Shown here piece after piece: positions 1-10,754 of a stretch of DNA of 64,000 nt. Position 1 is the first letter of the stretch, and each line of letters starts with the position of its first letter. The DNA comes from Bradyrhizobium sp. (GTDB lineage Bacteria; Pseudomonadota; Alphaproteobacteria; Rhizobiales; Xanthobacteraceae). The position numbers and the translations under genes were made by a program. Under the pieces are notes generated by a model, which worked only from the letters and a program-made list of their open reading frames with translations, had not been told where the DNA came from and searched no databases. Where the stretch lies: assembly GCA_039935075.1 (NCBI GenBank), contig JBDTKZ010000012.1, forward strand, positions 583-64,582. The letters run 5' to 3'.

Positions 1-148
1 GCAGTTGCAGATAGACGCCGTTCTGCAGCCGCAGCATCTTGAATTCGTCTTCAGTCAACTCGCCGGACAGCCGGCGCTTCACCTGATCGCGAAATTCCGA
101 AACCCGCTCGTTGATGAGCGTGCGGTCAAGCTCGTCATATGCATACAT
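1..148 (-). CDS. cysI: Nitrite/sulfite reductase hemoprotein, 5' end only (runs off window)
   Basis: Manual translation from ATG at 148: MYAYDELDRTLINERVSEFRDQVKRRLSGELTEDEFKMLRLQNGVYLQL, a typical alphaproteobacterial CysI N-terminus; lies downstream of cysG-DUF2849. Not in the ORF track. Confidence 0.85.
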   Translation of the reverse strand, partial: MYAYDELDRTLINERVSEFRDQVKRRLSGELTEDEFKMLRLQNGVYLQL

Positions 149-160
149 GGAAGATACGCC

Positions 161-478
161 TTATGCCGGAACCGAAACGCCGATGGTGACGCCTTCGGAC
201 CGGATGTGTTCACGCAAATTGCCGGGCTTGATCGCGCCGGTGTTCTTGATTTCGACCGGCGCGATATAGGCCCCGATCGCGCCGACGTCGTCGGCGATGG
301 ATTCCGCCAGCAACGCCCGCGCCTCATCCGAGGTACGCACGATCGCGGCGCCCGCAAGCTCCGCCGACCAGCCCTGGTGTGCCGTGCGATAGATCACGAT
401 GCCATCCCAGGTGCGGTTGGCGGTCACCATCGACGGTCCGGTAATTTTGATTTTCTTCTGTTCAAGCGGGGAGGTCAT
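161..478 (-). CDS. DUF2849-family protein
   Basis: MTSPLEQ...VTANRTWDGIVIY...LREHIRSEGVT; ATG overlaps the cysG stop (ATGA); usual position between cysG and cysI. Confidence 0.8.
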   Translation of the reverse strand: MTSPLEQKKIKITGPSMVTANRTWDGIVIYRTAHQGWSAELAGAAIVRTSDEARALLAESIADDVGAIGAYIAPVEIKNTGAIKPGNLREHIRSEGVTIGVSVPA

Positions 479-1920
479 TCGGCAGCTTCCAATAGTTGCG
501 AGATCGTATGAGTGAAATTCTGATCGTGCCAAATCTGATCAAGCCAAGGTGCGGAGTGCGCGACCACGTCGCCGATCACCAGAATGGCGGGGCCGCGATC
601 GATCCGTTCGACCAGATCGGGCAGTTCGCCGAGGACACCGACCGCGGCTTGCGCGTCGGGCAAGGTCGCCCGTGCGAACACGCCGACCGGGGTTTGCGGC
701 GAGCGGCCCGCGGCCAGCAGGCCGGCACGGACCGAGGTCGCCGCGGTCATTCCCATATAGACGACCACGGTCATCTTGGCGTCGGTCAACGCCGCCCAGT
801 CGACGGATGCAGCGTCACTGGCTTTATGCGCGGTAAGAAAGGTGATGCGCAGCGCCTCGTTGCGGAACGTCAGCGGCACCTCGAACTGCGCGGCGGCGCC
901 GAGGGCCGCGGTAATGCCCGGTACGACCGAATAGGCAATGCCGGCCTGGCGCAGCGCTTCGACTTCTTCACCGCCACGGCCGAACACGAACGCGTCGCCG
1001 CCCTTCAGCCGCACGGCGCGCTGGCCCGATTTGGCGGCTTCGATCATCAATTTGTTGATGGCCTCCTGACCAATCCCGGGCTTGCCGACGCGGCGGCCGA
1101 CCGGAATGCGCGCCGCATCGCGCCGCACGCGATCGAGAATCTCGGATGAGACCAGTTCATCGTAGAACACCACATCGGCGTCCTGCAGCGCGCGCAGCGC
1201 CTTGACCGTGAGCAGATCCGGATCGCCTGGACCGGCACCAACCAGCGTCACCCGGCCCTTAGCTGCGCCCGATGCGCTGGCGAAAGCGGTGGGGTCGAGG
1301 ATATCGGACAGCGCCCGCTCGGACTCGCGGCCGCGTCCCGCCAGCACCAGCGCGCCGATCGGACCATCAACCACGCGCTCCCAGAAGCGGCGGCGCAGCG
1401 GCATCTCGGCAATGCGGCCGTTGATCGATTTTCGGAAGCGGCCAATGAACGTGGCGAGGTCGCCGATGCGGGCCGGCAACACCGCCTCAATGCGCTCGCG
1501 CAAGCGGCGCGCCACCACCGGCGAGGCGCCGCCGGTGCCGATGGCGACAACGACATCGCCGCGATCGACGACCGCGGGAGAAATGAAAGTCGAATGGGCC
1601 AGATCGTCCATGACATTGACGGGCAGACCGGCCGCCTTCGCCCGAACCGACATCGCAATCCCGACGTCGCCCGCGCCCGCGCAGAGCACCGCGATGACGC
1701 CATGGAGATCGGCGGTCAAGGGATCGCCAGCGGCAAACTCGATCCTCGCCACGCTGTCGGCATCCAGTCCGCCAACATCATGGTCGCCATCGGTCGCAAA
1801 CCAGCGGATGCGGGCGCCGGCTGCCGCGAGCACGCGCAATTTTGCGCGCACCAACTCGCCGCCGCCGACGAGCAGGACGGAACCGGCTTGCATATCTAGA
1901 AATACCGGCAGGAATCGCAT
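475..1920 (-). CDS. cysG: Siroheme synthase
   Basis: N-terminal LLVGGG dehydrogenase/ferrochelatase domain plus C-terminal LVGAGPGDPDLLT...RLKGGD..FGRGGEE uroporphyrinogen-III methyltransferase domain. Confidence 0.95.
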   Translation of the reverse strand: MRFLPVFLDMQAGSVLLVGGGELVRAKLRVLAAAGARIRWFATDGDHDVGGLDADSVARIEFAAGDPLTADLHGVIAVLCAGAGDVGIAMSVRAKAAGLPVNVMDDLAHSTFISPAVVDRGDVVVAIGTGGASPVVARRLRERIEAVLPARIGDLATFIGRFRKSINGRIAEMPLRRRFWERVVDGPIGALVLAGRGRESERALSDILDPTAFASASGAAKGRVTLVGAGPGDPDLLTVKALRALQDADVVFYDELVSSEILDRVRRDAARIPVGRRVGKPGIGQEAINKLMIEAAKSGQRAVRLKGGDAFVFGRGGEEVEALRQAGIAYSVVPGITAALGAAAQFEVPLTFRNEALRITFLTAHKASDAASVDWAALTDAKMTVVVYMGMTAATSVRAGLLAAGRSPQTPVGVFARATLPDAQAAVGVLGELPDLVERIDRGPAILVIGDVVAHSAPWLDQIWHDQNFTHTISQLLEAAE

Positions 1921-2439
1921 GCGACACCCTCTTCCCCACCTTCTGGGGTTAGCTGGAATTATTTTCTTTATAATCCCATTTCAATGGCTACAAAGAGAAA
2001 ATTATTTCTCTATATTGCGATGCAACTATAGAATTTTTACCTCCCATGGCCATGGTCGGTGGATGCCTGTTCTCGACAACGATCCCGTGACGGACCGGTT
2101 GCGCTCCTGTGCATAGGGCATGGTTGTTTCGGGATGTTTACGAGGCTATCCGGCAGTTCCAAACACCGGCTCATCGGCGACAACACTCCCAAAATTATAC
2201 CCAGGATACCAACCAGATCAGCCGAGCATTCCGTTCGAGATACGGACTGGTCTGGCTCCCAAAATCCATGCCACGTCCATGCAAGTCCGCGGCCATTGTT
2301 TACCCGGCACGGCCCTGTCAAAAGTCTTCTCACGGCCGAGCCTTTGGCGCTAAAAGGCGCGCAGACGCCGCCTGCTGTGGCGCTTATTTTGCTTACCCTG
2401 AAAACAGCGTGTAATTGCCCGCTTTTCGCGAGAGTCATA

Positions 2440-4602
2440 ATGAATCGCATCGACGCCCACGGACTGAAGATCGCCCCCGTCCTGTTCGACTTTATCGCCA
2501 AGGAAGCCACCCCCAGGACCGGGATTTCGCCCGATGTGTTCTGGGCCGGGCTGGCCGCCATCGTCCGCGATCTGGCGCCGAAAAACCGCGATCTGCTCGC
2601 GGTGCGCGATGCGCTGCAGGCGAAAATCGACGGCTGGCATCGGGCCCACAAAGGCAAGCCGTTCGACATGAACGCCTACACGGCGTTCCTCAAGGAGATC
2701 GGTTATCTCTTGCCGGAACCGGCGACCCAAACGGTCAAGACCGCCAATGTCGATGACGAAATCGGCAAGATCTGCGGACCGCAGCTCGTGGTGCCGCTGA
2801 CCAATGCGCGCTACGCCCTGAACGCCGCCAATGCGCGCTGGGGCAGCCTGTACGACGCCTTCTACGGCACCGACGCGATCCCGCACGATCCGAGCGAAGG
2901 CGGCAAGGGCTACAACAAGGCCCGCGGCGCCAAGGTGATCGCGAAAGCCAAGGCGTTTCTCGACCAGGCCGTGCCGCTGGCGACTGGCAGTCACACCGAT
3001 GTCACCTCCTACAGCGTGATCGCCGGCCAGCTCGCGGTCAAACTCAAGAGCGGCAACTTCACCGCGCTGAAGACCAATACCCAGTTCGCCGGTTATCAGG
3101 GCGACGCGGCCGCGCCTTCGGCTATCCTGCTGGTCAATAACGGCATGCATGTCGAACTCAGGATCGACCACAGCCACATCATCGGCAAGGACGATCCGGC
3201 CGGGGTCTCCGACATGATCCTCGAATCCGCCGTCAGCACCATTCTCGACATGGAAGACAGCGTCGCCACCGTCGATGCCGAAGACAAGGTGCTGGTCTAT
3301 CGCAACACGCTGGGCCTGATGGACGGCACGCTGTCGGCCGATTTCGACAAGGGCGGCAAGACGCTGAAGCGCGCGCTCAACCCCGACCGCGTCTACAAGA
3401 CGCCCGACGGCAAGGAACTCAAGCTGCACGGCCGCAGCCTGTTGTTGATGCGCAATGTCGGCCATCACATGTTCACCGACGCCGTGCTCGACAGCAAAGG
3501 CGAGGAAATTCCGGAAGGCCTGCTCGATGCCGCCGTCGCCGGGCTACTGGCGGTGCATGACATCAAGGGCAACGGCAAGACCCGCAACAGCCGCACCGGA
3601 TCGGTCTACATCGTCAAGCCGAAGATGCACGGCCCCGACGAGGTCGCGCTGACCTGCGAGCTGTTCGGCCGGGTCGAGAAGATGCTCGGTCTGCCGGAAA
3701 ACACCATGAAGGTCGGCATCATGGACGAGGAGCGCCGCACCACGATCAACCTCAAGGCCTGCATCCAGCAGGCGCTGGAACGTATCTGCTTCATCAACAC
3801 CGGCTTTCTGGATCGCACCGGTGACGAGATCCATACCTCGATGGAAGCCGGCCCGATGATCCGCAAGAACGACATGAAGGCGCAACCCTGGATCAAGGCC
3901 TATGAAGACTGGAACGTCGATATGGGCCTGATCGACGGCCTGCCCGGCCATGCCCAGATCGGCAAGGGCATGTGGGCCGCACCGGACAAGATGGCGGACA
4001 TGCTGACGCAGAAGATCGCGCATCCGCAGGCCGGCGCCACCACCGCCTGGGTGCCGTCGCCGACCGCGGCCACGCTGCACGCGCTGCATTATCATCAGGT
4101 CAATGTGCAGGCGCGCCAGCAGGAGCTGAGCAAGGGCGGTCCGCGCGCCAAGCTGTCGGACATCCTCACCATTCCGGTGTCGCAATCGAACTGGGCGCCC
4201 GACGATGTGAAGCAGGAGATCGACAACAATTGCCAGGGCATCCTCGGCTATGTCGTGCGCTGGATCGACCAGGGCGTCGGCTGCTCCAAGGTGCCCGACA
4301 TCCACGATGTCGGGCTGATGGAAGACCGCGCCACGCTGCGCATCTCGAGCCAGCATCTGGCCAACTGGCTGCATCAGGGCGTCATCACCAAAGAACAGGT
4401 GATGGAGTCGCTGAAGCGAATGGCCGTCGTGGTCGACGGCCAGAACAAGGGCGATGCGCTGTACCGGCCGATGGCGCCCGGATTCGACGGCGTTGCCTTC
4501 AAGGCGGCCTGCGATCTGATCTTCAAGGGCCGCGAGCAGCCCAATGGCTATACCGAATACATCCTGACCGCGCGCCGGCGCGAGGCCAAGGCGGCGGGCT
4601 AA
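2440..4602 (+). CDS. glcB: Malate synthase G
   Basis: 720 aa from MNRIDAHGL; [61 protein letters not shown] motifs. Confidence 0.97.
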   Translation: MNRIDAHGLKIAPVLFDFIAKEATPRTGISPDVFWAGLAAIVRDLAPKNRDLLAVRDALQAKIDGWHRAHKGKPFDMNAYTAFLKEIGYLLPEPATQTVKTANVDDEIGKICGPQLVVPLTNARYALNAANARWGSLYDAFYGTDAIPHDPSEGGKGYNKARGAKVIAKAKAFLDQAVPLATGSHTDVTSYSVIAGQLAVKLKSGNFTALKTNTQFAGYQGDAAAPSAILLVNNGMHVELRIDHSHIIGKDDPAGVSDMILESAVSTILDMEDSVATVDAEDKVLVYRNTLGLMDGTLSADFDKGGKTLKRALNPDRVYKTPDGKELKLHGRSLLLMRNVGHHMFTDAVLDSKGEEIPEGLLDAAVAGLLAVHDIKGNGKTRNSRTGSVYIVKPKMHGPDEVALTCELFGRVEKMLGLPENTMKVGIMDEERRTTINLKACIQQALERICFINTGFLDRTGDEIHTSMEAGPMIRKNDMKAQPWIKAYEDWNVDMGLIDGLPGHAQIGKGMWAAPDKMADMLTQKIAHPQAGATTAWVPSPTAATLHALHYHQVNVQARQQELSKGGPRAKLSDILTIPVSQSNWAPDDVKQEIDNNCQGILGYVVRWIDQGVGCSKVPDIHDVGLMEDRATLRISSQHLANWLHQGVITKEQVMESLKRMAVVVDGQNKGDALYRPMAPGFDGVAFKAACDLIFKGREQPNGYTEYILTARRREAKAAG

Positions 4603-4622
4603 GGCCTGCGATCTGAAATGAG

Positions 4623-4651
4623 AAAGCCTCGGCCTATGCCGGGGCTTTTTT
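4623..4651 (+). terminator. Intrinsic terminator after glcB
   Basis: AAAGCCTCGGC-CTAT-GCCGGGGCTTT followed by a T tract. Confidence 0.8.
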
Positions 4652-4694
4652 GTTTTCGGCCGTTCGCTAAATCGTTGCCGCTGCAACACCCATC

Positions 4695-4729
4695 GCCGTC
4701 ATCACCCGCCACCGGCGGGTGATGACGGC
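4695..4729. repeat. CGTC-tagged REP-like perfect hairpin
   Basis: GCCGTCATCACCCGCC-ACC-GGCGGGTGATGACGGC: 16-bp perfect stem with CGTC/GACG ends. Confidence 0.7.
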
Positions 4730-4770
4730 CGATGTGGTGTGATGGCATCTCGTTGCGCGGACGCGAACCG

Positions 4771-4926
4771 CTAAAACACCGCGATGTATTTCAGCAGCGA
4801 GACGATGCCGAGGATGATGACGACGACGCGCGCGATCTGCTTGGCGCGGCCGTCGAGCGGCAACAAATTGATCAAATAGAGGATCAGAATAACGACCAAA
4901 AACGTGACGAGTGCGCCGACAATCAT
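4771..4926 (-). CDS. Small two-helix membrane protein (51 aa; resembles Thivi_2564 family)
   Basis: MIVGALVTFLVVILILYLINLLPLDGRAKQIARVVVIILGIVSLLKYIAVF; GGGGG-type RBS and an EcfG promoter motif upstream. Confidence 0.75.
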   Translation of the reverse strand: MIVGALVTFLVVILILYLINLLPLDGRAKQIARVVVIILGIVSLLKYIAVF

Positions 4927-4966
4927 CGCAAACCCCCTGGGACGATTAAGCATTATGCGGCCCGTT

Positions 4967-4991
4967 AACGCGCTCGGGGCTGCCGGGTTCC
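4967..4991 (-). promoter_or_regulatory. EcfG (sigma-T) promoter
   Basis: Minus strand GGAAC-N16-CGTT, exact consensus. Confidence 0.75.
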
Positions 4992-5114
4992 GGCCGGGAA
5001 CCCCCAAGAGCCAAAAAAAGCAAACGATTTCAACGGCTCCGTAATTCTACGGCATCAGCACTACTTAAATATTTACCACTTTTGGTCAGACTGCGTGAAG
5101 CTTTGGGGGCATTC

Positions 5115-7208
5115 ATGCTGAATCGTTTGACCGTATCCGCGCTTTTGAAAATCGTATTGCTGGCCACGTCGCTCTGGGTGGTGATCGGGATTTCGTTCAA
5201 TGCCTGGGATTCCTGGGGGCGCCTGCAGGCGGCCAACCGCATCTCGGTGATCGCCGATACCTCAGCCTATATGTTCAAGGCGATGCATAATCTGCGCACC
5301 GACCGCTCGACCACCGACCGATTGCTGAATTCCGATACGCCCGTCGACACCGATATCGACAAATATCTGCGCGGCCTTCGCGAGGCCGAAATGCCCGCCA
5401 TGAGCCACGCGCTCGAGCTGCTGCCGACCATGCAGTTTGCCCAGCAAGCAACGCTGGTGCCGGAGTTCGATCGGCTGTTCAAGACGCTGACCGCCGAACA
5501 GAAGGAATTTTGGGACGAAGTCGCCAAGCCGAAGGCGTCACGCCGCGCAGCACTGCCGAAGGAATATCAGGCGACGACGCAGGGCCTGCTCGATACGCTC
5601 GACAAGCTGTCCGGAGCGCTTGCCGCCGCCGTCAATCATCAGGACGCCGTGATCGACCAGTTGCTGGCGATCAAGCAGAGCGCCTGGCTGCTGCGCAACA
5701 CCGGCGGCGAAGCGTCGCTGATCATTTCGAAGGGGCTCGCCGCCGGACGTATCAGTCCGGAAATCCAGACCAACTACGTCAGGTTCTTCGGCGGCACCAC
5801 GATCGCCTGGAATGCGCTCGAACTGGCGGCCTCGGGGATGCAATTGCCGCCGGCGCTGTCCGCCGCGATGGCCGCGACCAAGACCGCCTATTTCGAACCG
5901 TCCTATCTGGCCTTGTGTGAGCGCCTGATGACGGCGCTGATCGCGGGAGAAAAGGCCGAGATGACCGCGAACCAGTGGAGCCCGGTGACGGTCGGACGCC
6001 TCAGTGCCGCCGTCGGCGTAGCCGAAGCCGCGCTCGACGCGGCCCGCGAATACAGCGTGACGCAGCGCGCCGACGCCCAGCACTCGCTGATCCTGCATCT
6101 GGTGCTGCTGGCTGTCGCCCTCGCCTTGACCTTCGGCGCCCTGACCGCCGTGACCCGCCGCGTCATCACGCCGCTTAACAACATGCGCGACGCCATGCTG
6201 AAAGTGGCCTCCGGCGATCTCGCCGTCGACACCGGCTATGGACAACGGCAGGACGAGATCGGCGCATTGGCCGGCGCGTTGGAAACCTTCAAGCAGCAGG
6301 CCGGCGACAAACTGCGGATCGAAGCGCAGGAGCGCGAGCGCAATGCGGGCGCCACCGCGCGCCAGCAAGCGATCGAGGCCCATGTCGGCGAATTCGAGAG
6401 CATGGTGCGCCAGTCGTTGCAGCAACTGGGTGACGCCTCCAGCCAGATGCGAACGACCTCGTCGGGCCTGTCCACGGTCTCCCGCCAGACCAATGAGCGC
6501 GTCGAAGTCGCACAGCGGGCCTCCGGTGAGGCCTCGATGAGCGTCGAGAGCGTCGCCTCCGCGTCGGAAGAATTGAGCGCCTCGATCAACGACATCAGCC
6601 AGCAGGCGGCGCATGCCGCCGGGATCGCCAGCCGCGCGGTCAGTCAGGCACGCGAGACCGACAGCACGGTGCAGGGCCTGGCGAAATCCGCCGGCCGGAT
6701 CGGCGAAGTGGTCGGCCTGATCAACACCATCGCCGCCCAGACCAATTTGCTGGCGCTGAACGCCACCATCGAAGCGGCGCGCGCCGGCGAAGCGGGCCGT
6801 GGCTTCGCGGTAGTTGCCTCCGAAGTCAAATCGCTGGCCAGCCAGACCGCGAAAGCCACCGAGGAAATCTCCGAGCAGATCGCCGACATTCAAAAGGTGG
6901 CCAATGAGGCCATCGACGCCATCAAGGGCATCGGCAGCATCATTGGCGAGGTCAACGAGGTCGCCACCGCGATCGCCGCGGCGGTCCAGGAACAGGGCGC
7001 CGCCACGCAGGAAATCTCGCGCAGCACGCAGCACGCAGCGCAAGGCACCAAGAACGTCTCCGACAACATCACCGGTGTCAAAGCGGATGCCGACGCCTCG
7101 GCCGCCGCCGCCGACGATGTCAGTCGCGCCTCGCAGACCCTGGAAACGCAGAGCCAGCAACTCGGCAGCCAGGTGACGCAATTCCTCGGCAAGATCCGCG
7201 CGGCGTGA
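5115..7208 (+). CDS. Methyl-accepting chemotaxis protein
   Basis: Two TM segments, HAMP domain ([10 protein letters not shown]) and signalling hairpin [37 protein letters not shown]. Confidence 0.95.
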   Translation: MLNRLTVSALLKIVLLATSLWVVIGISFNAWDSWGRLQAANRISVIADTSAYMFKAMHNLRTDRSTTDRLLNSDTPVDTDIDKYLRGLREAEMPAMSHALELLPTMQFAQQATLVPEFDRLFKTLTAEQKEFWDEVAKPKASRRAALPKEYQATTQGLLDTLDKLSGALAAAVNHQDAVIDQLLAIKQSAWLLRNTGGEASLIISKGLAAGRISPEIQTNYVRFFGGTTIAWNALELAASGMQLPPALSAAMAATKTAYFEPSYLALCERLMTALIAGEKAEMTANQWSPVTVGRLSAAVGVAEAALDAAREYSVTQRADAQHSLILHLVLLAVALALTFGALTAVTRRVITPLNNMRDAMLKVASGDLAVDTGYGQRQDEIGALAGALETFKQQAGDKLRIEAQERERNAGATARQQAIEAHVGEFESMVRQSLQQLGDASSQMRTTSSGLSTVSRQTNERVEVAQRASGEASMSVESVASASEELSASINDISQQAAHAAGIASRAVSQARETDSTVQGLAKSAGRIGEVVGLINTIAAQTNLLALNATIEAARAGEAGRGFAVVASEVKSLASQTAKATEEISEQIADIQKVANEAIDAIKGIGSIIGEVNEVATAIAAAVQEQGAATQEISRSTQHAAQGTKNVSDNITGVKADADASAAAADDVSRASQTLETQSQQLGSQVTQFLGKIRAA

Positions 7209-7222
7209 TGGCAAGTTTGGTT

Positions 7223-7347
7223 CGTCTTGGCCAGGCATAGCTGTCTGCCTTGCGCAGACTGCGTATACTTGTCTGCGCTCCCGGCCATCCACGTCTTGCT
7301 TGCTGAAGCCTGTTAAAGTGGATGCCGGCACAAGGCCGGGCATGACG
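7223..7347. repeat. CGTC-type REP dimer (GGCCGGG family) with an inserted hairpin
   Basis: CGTCTTGGCCAGGC...CCCGGCCATCCAC ... GTGGATGCCGGCACAAGGCCGGGCATGACG, between convergent genes. Confidence 0.7.
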
Positions 7348-7355
7348 AGCGTGAT

Positions 7356-8009
7356 CTACTCCGACGCCACCACCGGGACGCGCTGATAGCGCGCGCTGAT
7401 GCGCTGCGGGGCCGGCGAGAAGTTCAGCGCGGCGCCGCGTCTGTCGGGGCCTCGTCCCACGGTCATCAGCCCGTCGGCGCCAGCGACGATGTCCCCTTTG
7501 CGAAGCGTCGGATCGTCCTCGATCTTGACCGGGGCGAGGCCGACCTGATCCTTGCCGTTGCAGGTGCAGCCCGCAACGATCTCGTTGCGATAGCGAAACG
7601 CGTTCGGCAACTCCGAATAGGGCTTTCCGGTTTCGGTCGCCGCACTGTCGATAGTGCTGCCATAGACCAGCCTGGTCTCGCTGGCCGGACAGAAGCTGTT
7701 GCAGGACGCCGCGCGGCTTTGATTATCGGATGCCGAAATCGGAAAATAGCGCCCGTCGCAGCTGCGGACGCAGTAAGCCTGGCCGCCGGCGTAACGCGGA
7801 CGCGCTTCGACCTGCGGCACGGACGTGTTGGCGTCGCCCTCATTGGCAAAGGGCAGCGGCATCGAGGATGCTGATGCATGCGGCCGGCTACCGAAGGCGC
7901 CGAACAGCGCGGAGAGAAAGTCTCCCGCCTGCGCCGACGGAGCCAGCGCCGAGGCGCATGCCATCGTCACGGTGCCCAGCGCCAATAGCCTGACGAATCT
8001 CCGGATCAT
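7356..8009 (-). CDS. DUF2865-domain secreted protein
   Basis: Signal peptide; YCVRSCDGRYFP, CNSFCPAS, YSELPNAFRYR..CTC, DPTLRKGDIV motifs. Confidence 0.8.
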   Translation of the reverse strand: MIRRFVRLLALGTVTMACASALAPSAQAGDFLSALFGAFGSRPHASASSMPLPFANEGDANTSVPQVEARPRYAGGQAYCVRSCDGRYFPISASDNQSRAASCNSFCPASETRLVYGSTIDSAATETGKPYSELPNAFRYRNEIVAGCTCNGKDQVGLAPVKIEDDPTLRKGDIVAGADGLMTVGRGPDRRGAALNFSPAPQRISARYQRVPVVASE

Positions 8010-8037
8010 GTTCGCCTCCCGGATCGGGTTGCTGATC

Positions 8038-8826
8038 TCAGTAGATGGACGACGGCGAAGCGTTCATCGCCTCGCGGCCCGACGACAACGCGACAGGGCG
8101 AACCGACGCAGCCGCAGCGCGAACCGGCACCGCTGCCCGCGCTTCGATGTGCTGCGCGTTCTTCGGCAGCACCACGACCCTGGTGCCGACGTCGACGCGG
8201 CTGAACAGATCCGCGACGTCTTCATTGGTGAGCCGGATGCAGCCCGAGGACACGAACTTCCCGATCGTGGTCGGATCGTTGGTGCCGTGGATGCGATATT
8301 CGCTGGAGCCCAGATACATCGCCCGTGCGCCGAGCGGATTGCCGGGGCCACCGGCCATGAAGCGGGGCAGATAAGGCTGGCGCGCGATCATTTCGGCCGG
8401 CGGATGCCAATCCGGCCATTCGGCCTTCCGGGTGATGGTCTGGGTGCCGGCCCAGGTGAAGCCCTCGCGGCCGACGCCGACGCCGTACCTGATGGCGCGG
8501 CCCTGGCCGAGCACATAATAAAGCGCGGTGTTGCCGGTATCGATGATGACGGTACCCGGTGCCTCGCGGGTGTTGATCTCGACGATGGCGCGGCGCAACC
8601 GTGCGGGCAGCACACCGGTGCTGCCGTCATCGCTCAACGCGGGCTGGTCCGGGGTGACCATGACGTTGTCTGACGGAAACGAACTTTGCGGCGTCGAGGC
8701 GTAACCAAGCACTTGCGCACTCGCCGCGCTGGAGAGTAGCGCCGACGCCATCAAAGCCCCGGCGAAGATCAGCGAATGCGCCACGCGCCGTGACTGCCGG
8801 CGAAAGCCTGGGAGGTTCTGTGTCAT
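8038..8826 (-). CDS. L,D-transpeptidase (YkuD/ErfK family)
   Basis: Signal peptide; NPLGARAMYL, YRIHGT...SSGCIRL catalytic motif. Confidence 0.93.
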   Translation of the reverse strand: MTQNLPGFRRQSRRVAHSLIFAGALMASALLSSAASAQVLGYASTPQSSFPSDNVMVTPDQPALSDDGSTGVLPARLRRAIVEINTREAPGTVIIDTGNTALYYVLGQGRAIRYGVGVGREGFTWAGTQTITRKAEWPDWHPPAEMIARQPYLPRFMAGGPGNPLGARAMYLGSSEYRIHGTNDPTTIGKFVSSGCIRLTNEDVADLFSRVDVGTRVVVLPKNAQHIEARAAVPVRAAAASVRPVALSSGREAMNASPSSIY

Positions 8827-8874
8827 GTGCTGCCCCGTGGGATGCTGTGCATCGTTGCGATGCTCTGCACAACA

Positions 8875-8899
8875 AACACGGCCGAGGCGTTGCGGTTCC
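8875..8899 (-). promoter_or_regulatory. EcfG-type promoter upstream of the L,D-transpeptidase
   Basis: Minus strand GGAAC-N17-GTT. Confidence 0.6.
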
Positions 8900-8957
8900 C
8901 GCGCAACTCAAACAGGAAAGTTGCTGTCAACCTCGCGAGACTTCACGTTTCTGCGAT

Positions 8958-8982
8958 GGAACTTTTTAGGACCGTGCTTGTT
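8958..8982 (+). promoter_or_regulatory. EcfG-type promoter upstream of the AI-2E gene
   Basis: GGAAC-N17-GTT. Confidence 0.6.
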
Positions 8983-9051
8983 CAGTTTTCATGGAGCCCG
9001 GCTCGCACCGCGACCTGGCGTCTCGTAATGGTCCGCATCGGGGAGAGCCAG

Positions 9052-10170
9052 TTGCCTGTCCTTCCCAATGACCGTGCTCTTGCCAAGAATGCCGGCGGCA
9101 CGCCAATGCCTGACAGCAAGGCCGAACAACCGCCGGTGATTCGGCGTGCCGAGGTGGTGGCATTTGCGCTGGTGGCGCTTCTTGTCATTTGCGTTGTCGC
9201 GGTACTTTACGCCGCCAAGGGCTTCTTTCTCCCAATCGTCTCGGCGTTCGTGGTCGGCACCATGCTGTCACCCGCGGCAGGCCTGCTGGAGCGGCACCGG
9301 ATTCCGCGCGCGGTATCGGCGGTGCTGATCGTGGCCTCGGTCGGCGCCGGCGTCGCCTTCATGGTCGGATTGATTTCGTCGCCATTGATGGAATGGAGCA
9401 CCCGGCTGCCGGAGCTGGGATCCCAGCTCAAGGAAAAAATGCATGTGTTCGACCGGCCGCTGGCACTCTGGCATGAATTGCAGACCATGGTCGGCGTATC
9501 GGATGCGGGCTCTTCCGCCGCGTTTCCATTGCCGAAATTCGACTGGGTCGAACCCACCGTCGGGTTCCTGTCACCGACCTTCACCGAATTTCTGCTGTTC
9601 ATCGCGACCTTGATCCTGTTCATCGCGAGCTGGCGCGATCTGCGCCGCGCCTTGATCATGACGTTCGGCGATCGCGCCGCGCGACTGCGCACCTTGCGGA
9701 TGCTCAACGAAATCGAAGCTCATCTCGGCGGCTATCTGCTGACCGTGACCATGATCAATTCCGGCGTCGGCATCGCCACCGGCATCATTTGCGCGGTGAC
9801 CGGCATGCCCAGTCCGGCAGGGCTCGGCGCGCTAGCCGCGACCTTGAATTTCTTTCCCATCATCGGCCCGGTTGCGATGTTCGTGATCCTGGCCCTGGTC
9901 GGCGTGGTCACAGCCTCCACGATCGGCGTCGGCCTGATCGCGGCGTTGTTATTCGTCGGGGTTACCTTCCTTGAAGGCCATTTTGTCACACCGACCATCA
10001 TTGGCCGCCGCCTCGAGCTCAACGCGCTAGCGGTATTCATGGGGCTGGCGTTCTGGACCTGGCTGTGGGGACCAATGGGCGGCTTTCTGTCCTCGCCGCT
10101 GTTGATCGTCGGGCTCGTGCTCAAAGAACATTTGATGCCGGTGGATTCACCGCAATTGCCGCCGGACTGA
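9052..10170 (+). CDS. AI-2E family (PerM/UPF0118) transporter; start uncertain (TTG 9052 or ATG 9106)
   Basis: Multiple TM helices; LNFFPIIGP, EGHFVTPTIIGRRLELN, WTWLWGPMGGFLSSP motifs; GGGGAG upstream of the TTG. Confidence 0.9.
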   Translation: MPVLPNDRALAKNAGGTPMPDSKAEQPPVIRRAEVVAFALVALLVICVVAVLYAAKGFFLPIVSAFVVGTMLSPAAGLLERHRIPRAVSAVLIVASVGAGVAFMVGLISSPLMEWSTRLPELGSQLKEKMHVFDRPLALWHELQTMVGVSDAGSSAAFPLPKFDWVEPTVGFLSPTFTEFLLFIATLILFIASWRDLRRALIMTFGDRAARLRTLRMLNEIEAHLGGYLLTVTMINSGVGIATGIICAVTGMPSPAGLGALAATLNFFPIIGPVAMFVILALVGVVTASTIGVGLIAALLFVGVTFLEGHFVTPTIIGRRLELNALAVFMGLAFWTWLWGPMGGFLSSPLLIVGLVLKEHLMPVDSPQLPPD

Positions 10171-10174
10171 TCTC

Positions 10175-10219
10175 GATTTTCTTTGCAGATTTTCTCTCGC
10201 AGATTTTCTCTCGGATTTC
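10175..10219 (+). repeat. Short imperfect tandem repeat (GATTTTCTYTCGCA-like, about 3.5 copies)
   Basis: GATTTTCTTTGCA / GATTTTCTCTCGCA / GATTTTCTCTCG / GATTTC. Confidence 0.7.
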
Positions 10220-10226
10220 ATTGGCG

Positions 10227-10251
10227 GGAACTTCCGGGAACCCGGGACGTT
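10227..10251 (+). promoter_or_regulatory. EcfG promoter
   Basis: GGAAC-N16-CGTT, exact consensus, 27 bp upstream of the DUF883 start. Confidence 0.8.
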
Positions 10252-10278
10252 TGTTTCCGGCAAACTGAGGAGCTTTTG

Positions 10279-10650
10279 ATGTCGAGTACGGATGGCGAAG
10301 CTGCAATGAGAAACCTGACGGATAAAGCGACCTATGAACGCCTCGAAAAGGATGTAGCAGCCGTGAAAAACGATATCGCAGCCCTCGCCGACCAGATCAC
10401 CGATGTGCTCAATGGCTTCGCCGGCACCGCCAAGAAGCAGGCGCGGCGCGGTTACAAGCAGGCCCGCGCCAATGTCGACCAGGCGGTCGACGATATGTCG
10501 GAGCGCGGCGCCGCGGCGATGGATGCCGCGCAGGATGCGGCCTATTCGTTTGAAGAATCCCTGGAGGACGTCATCACGCAGCGTCCGCTGGCGACCGTTG
10601 GCCTCGCCCTCGGATTGGGCTTCCTGATCGGCGCGGCCTGGCGCCGGTAA
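10279..10650 (+). CDS. DUF883/ElaB-YqjD family tail-anchored protein
   Basis: Coiled-coil followed by C-terminal RPLATVGLALGLGFLIGAAWRR; GAGGAG RBS. Confidence 0.88.
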   Translation: MSSTDGEAAMRNLTDKATYERLEKDVAAVKNDIAALADQITDVLNGFAGTAKKQARRGYKQARANVDQAVDDMSERGAAAMDAAQDAAYSFEESLEDVITQRPLATVGLALGLGFLIGAAWRR

Positions 10651-10754
10651 TAAAAGGCGCGTGGCGGCCGATGCTTGCCTCGATCGTTTGAGCGGCGCGG
10701 CGCTATCGGCGCCGTCGCTTTATTCGTCAGCACTTTTTTGTACCGGGGCCTCCG

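Noticed and set aside
2059-2439. 127-aa N-terminal extension of GlcB in the ORF track
   Set aside because: Malate synthase G homology begins at the ATG at 2440; the upstream sequence looks like intergenic/promoter DNA.
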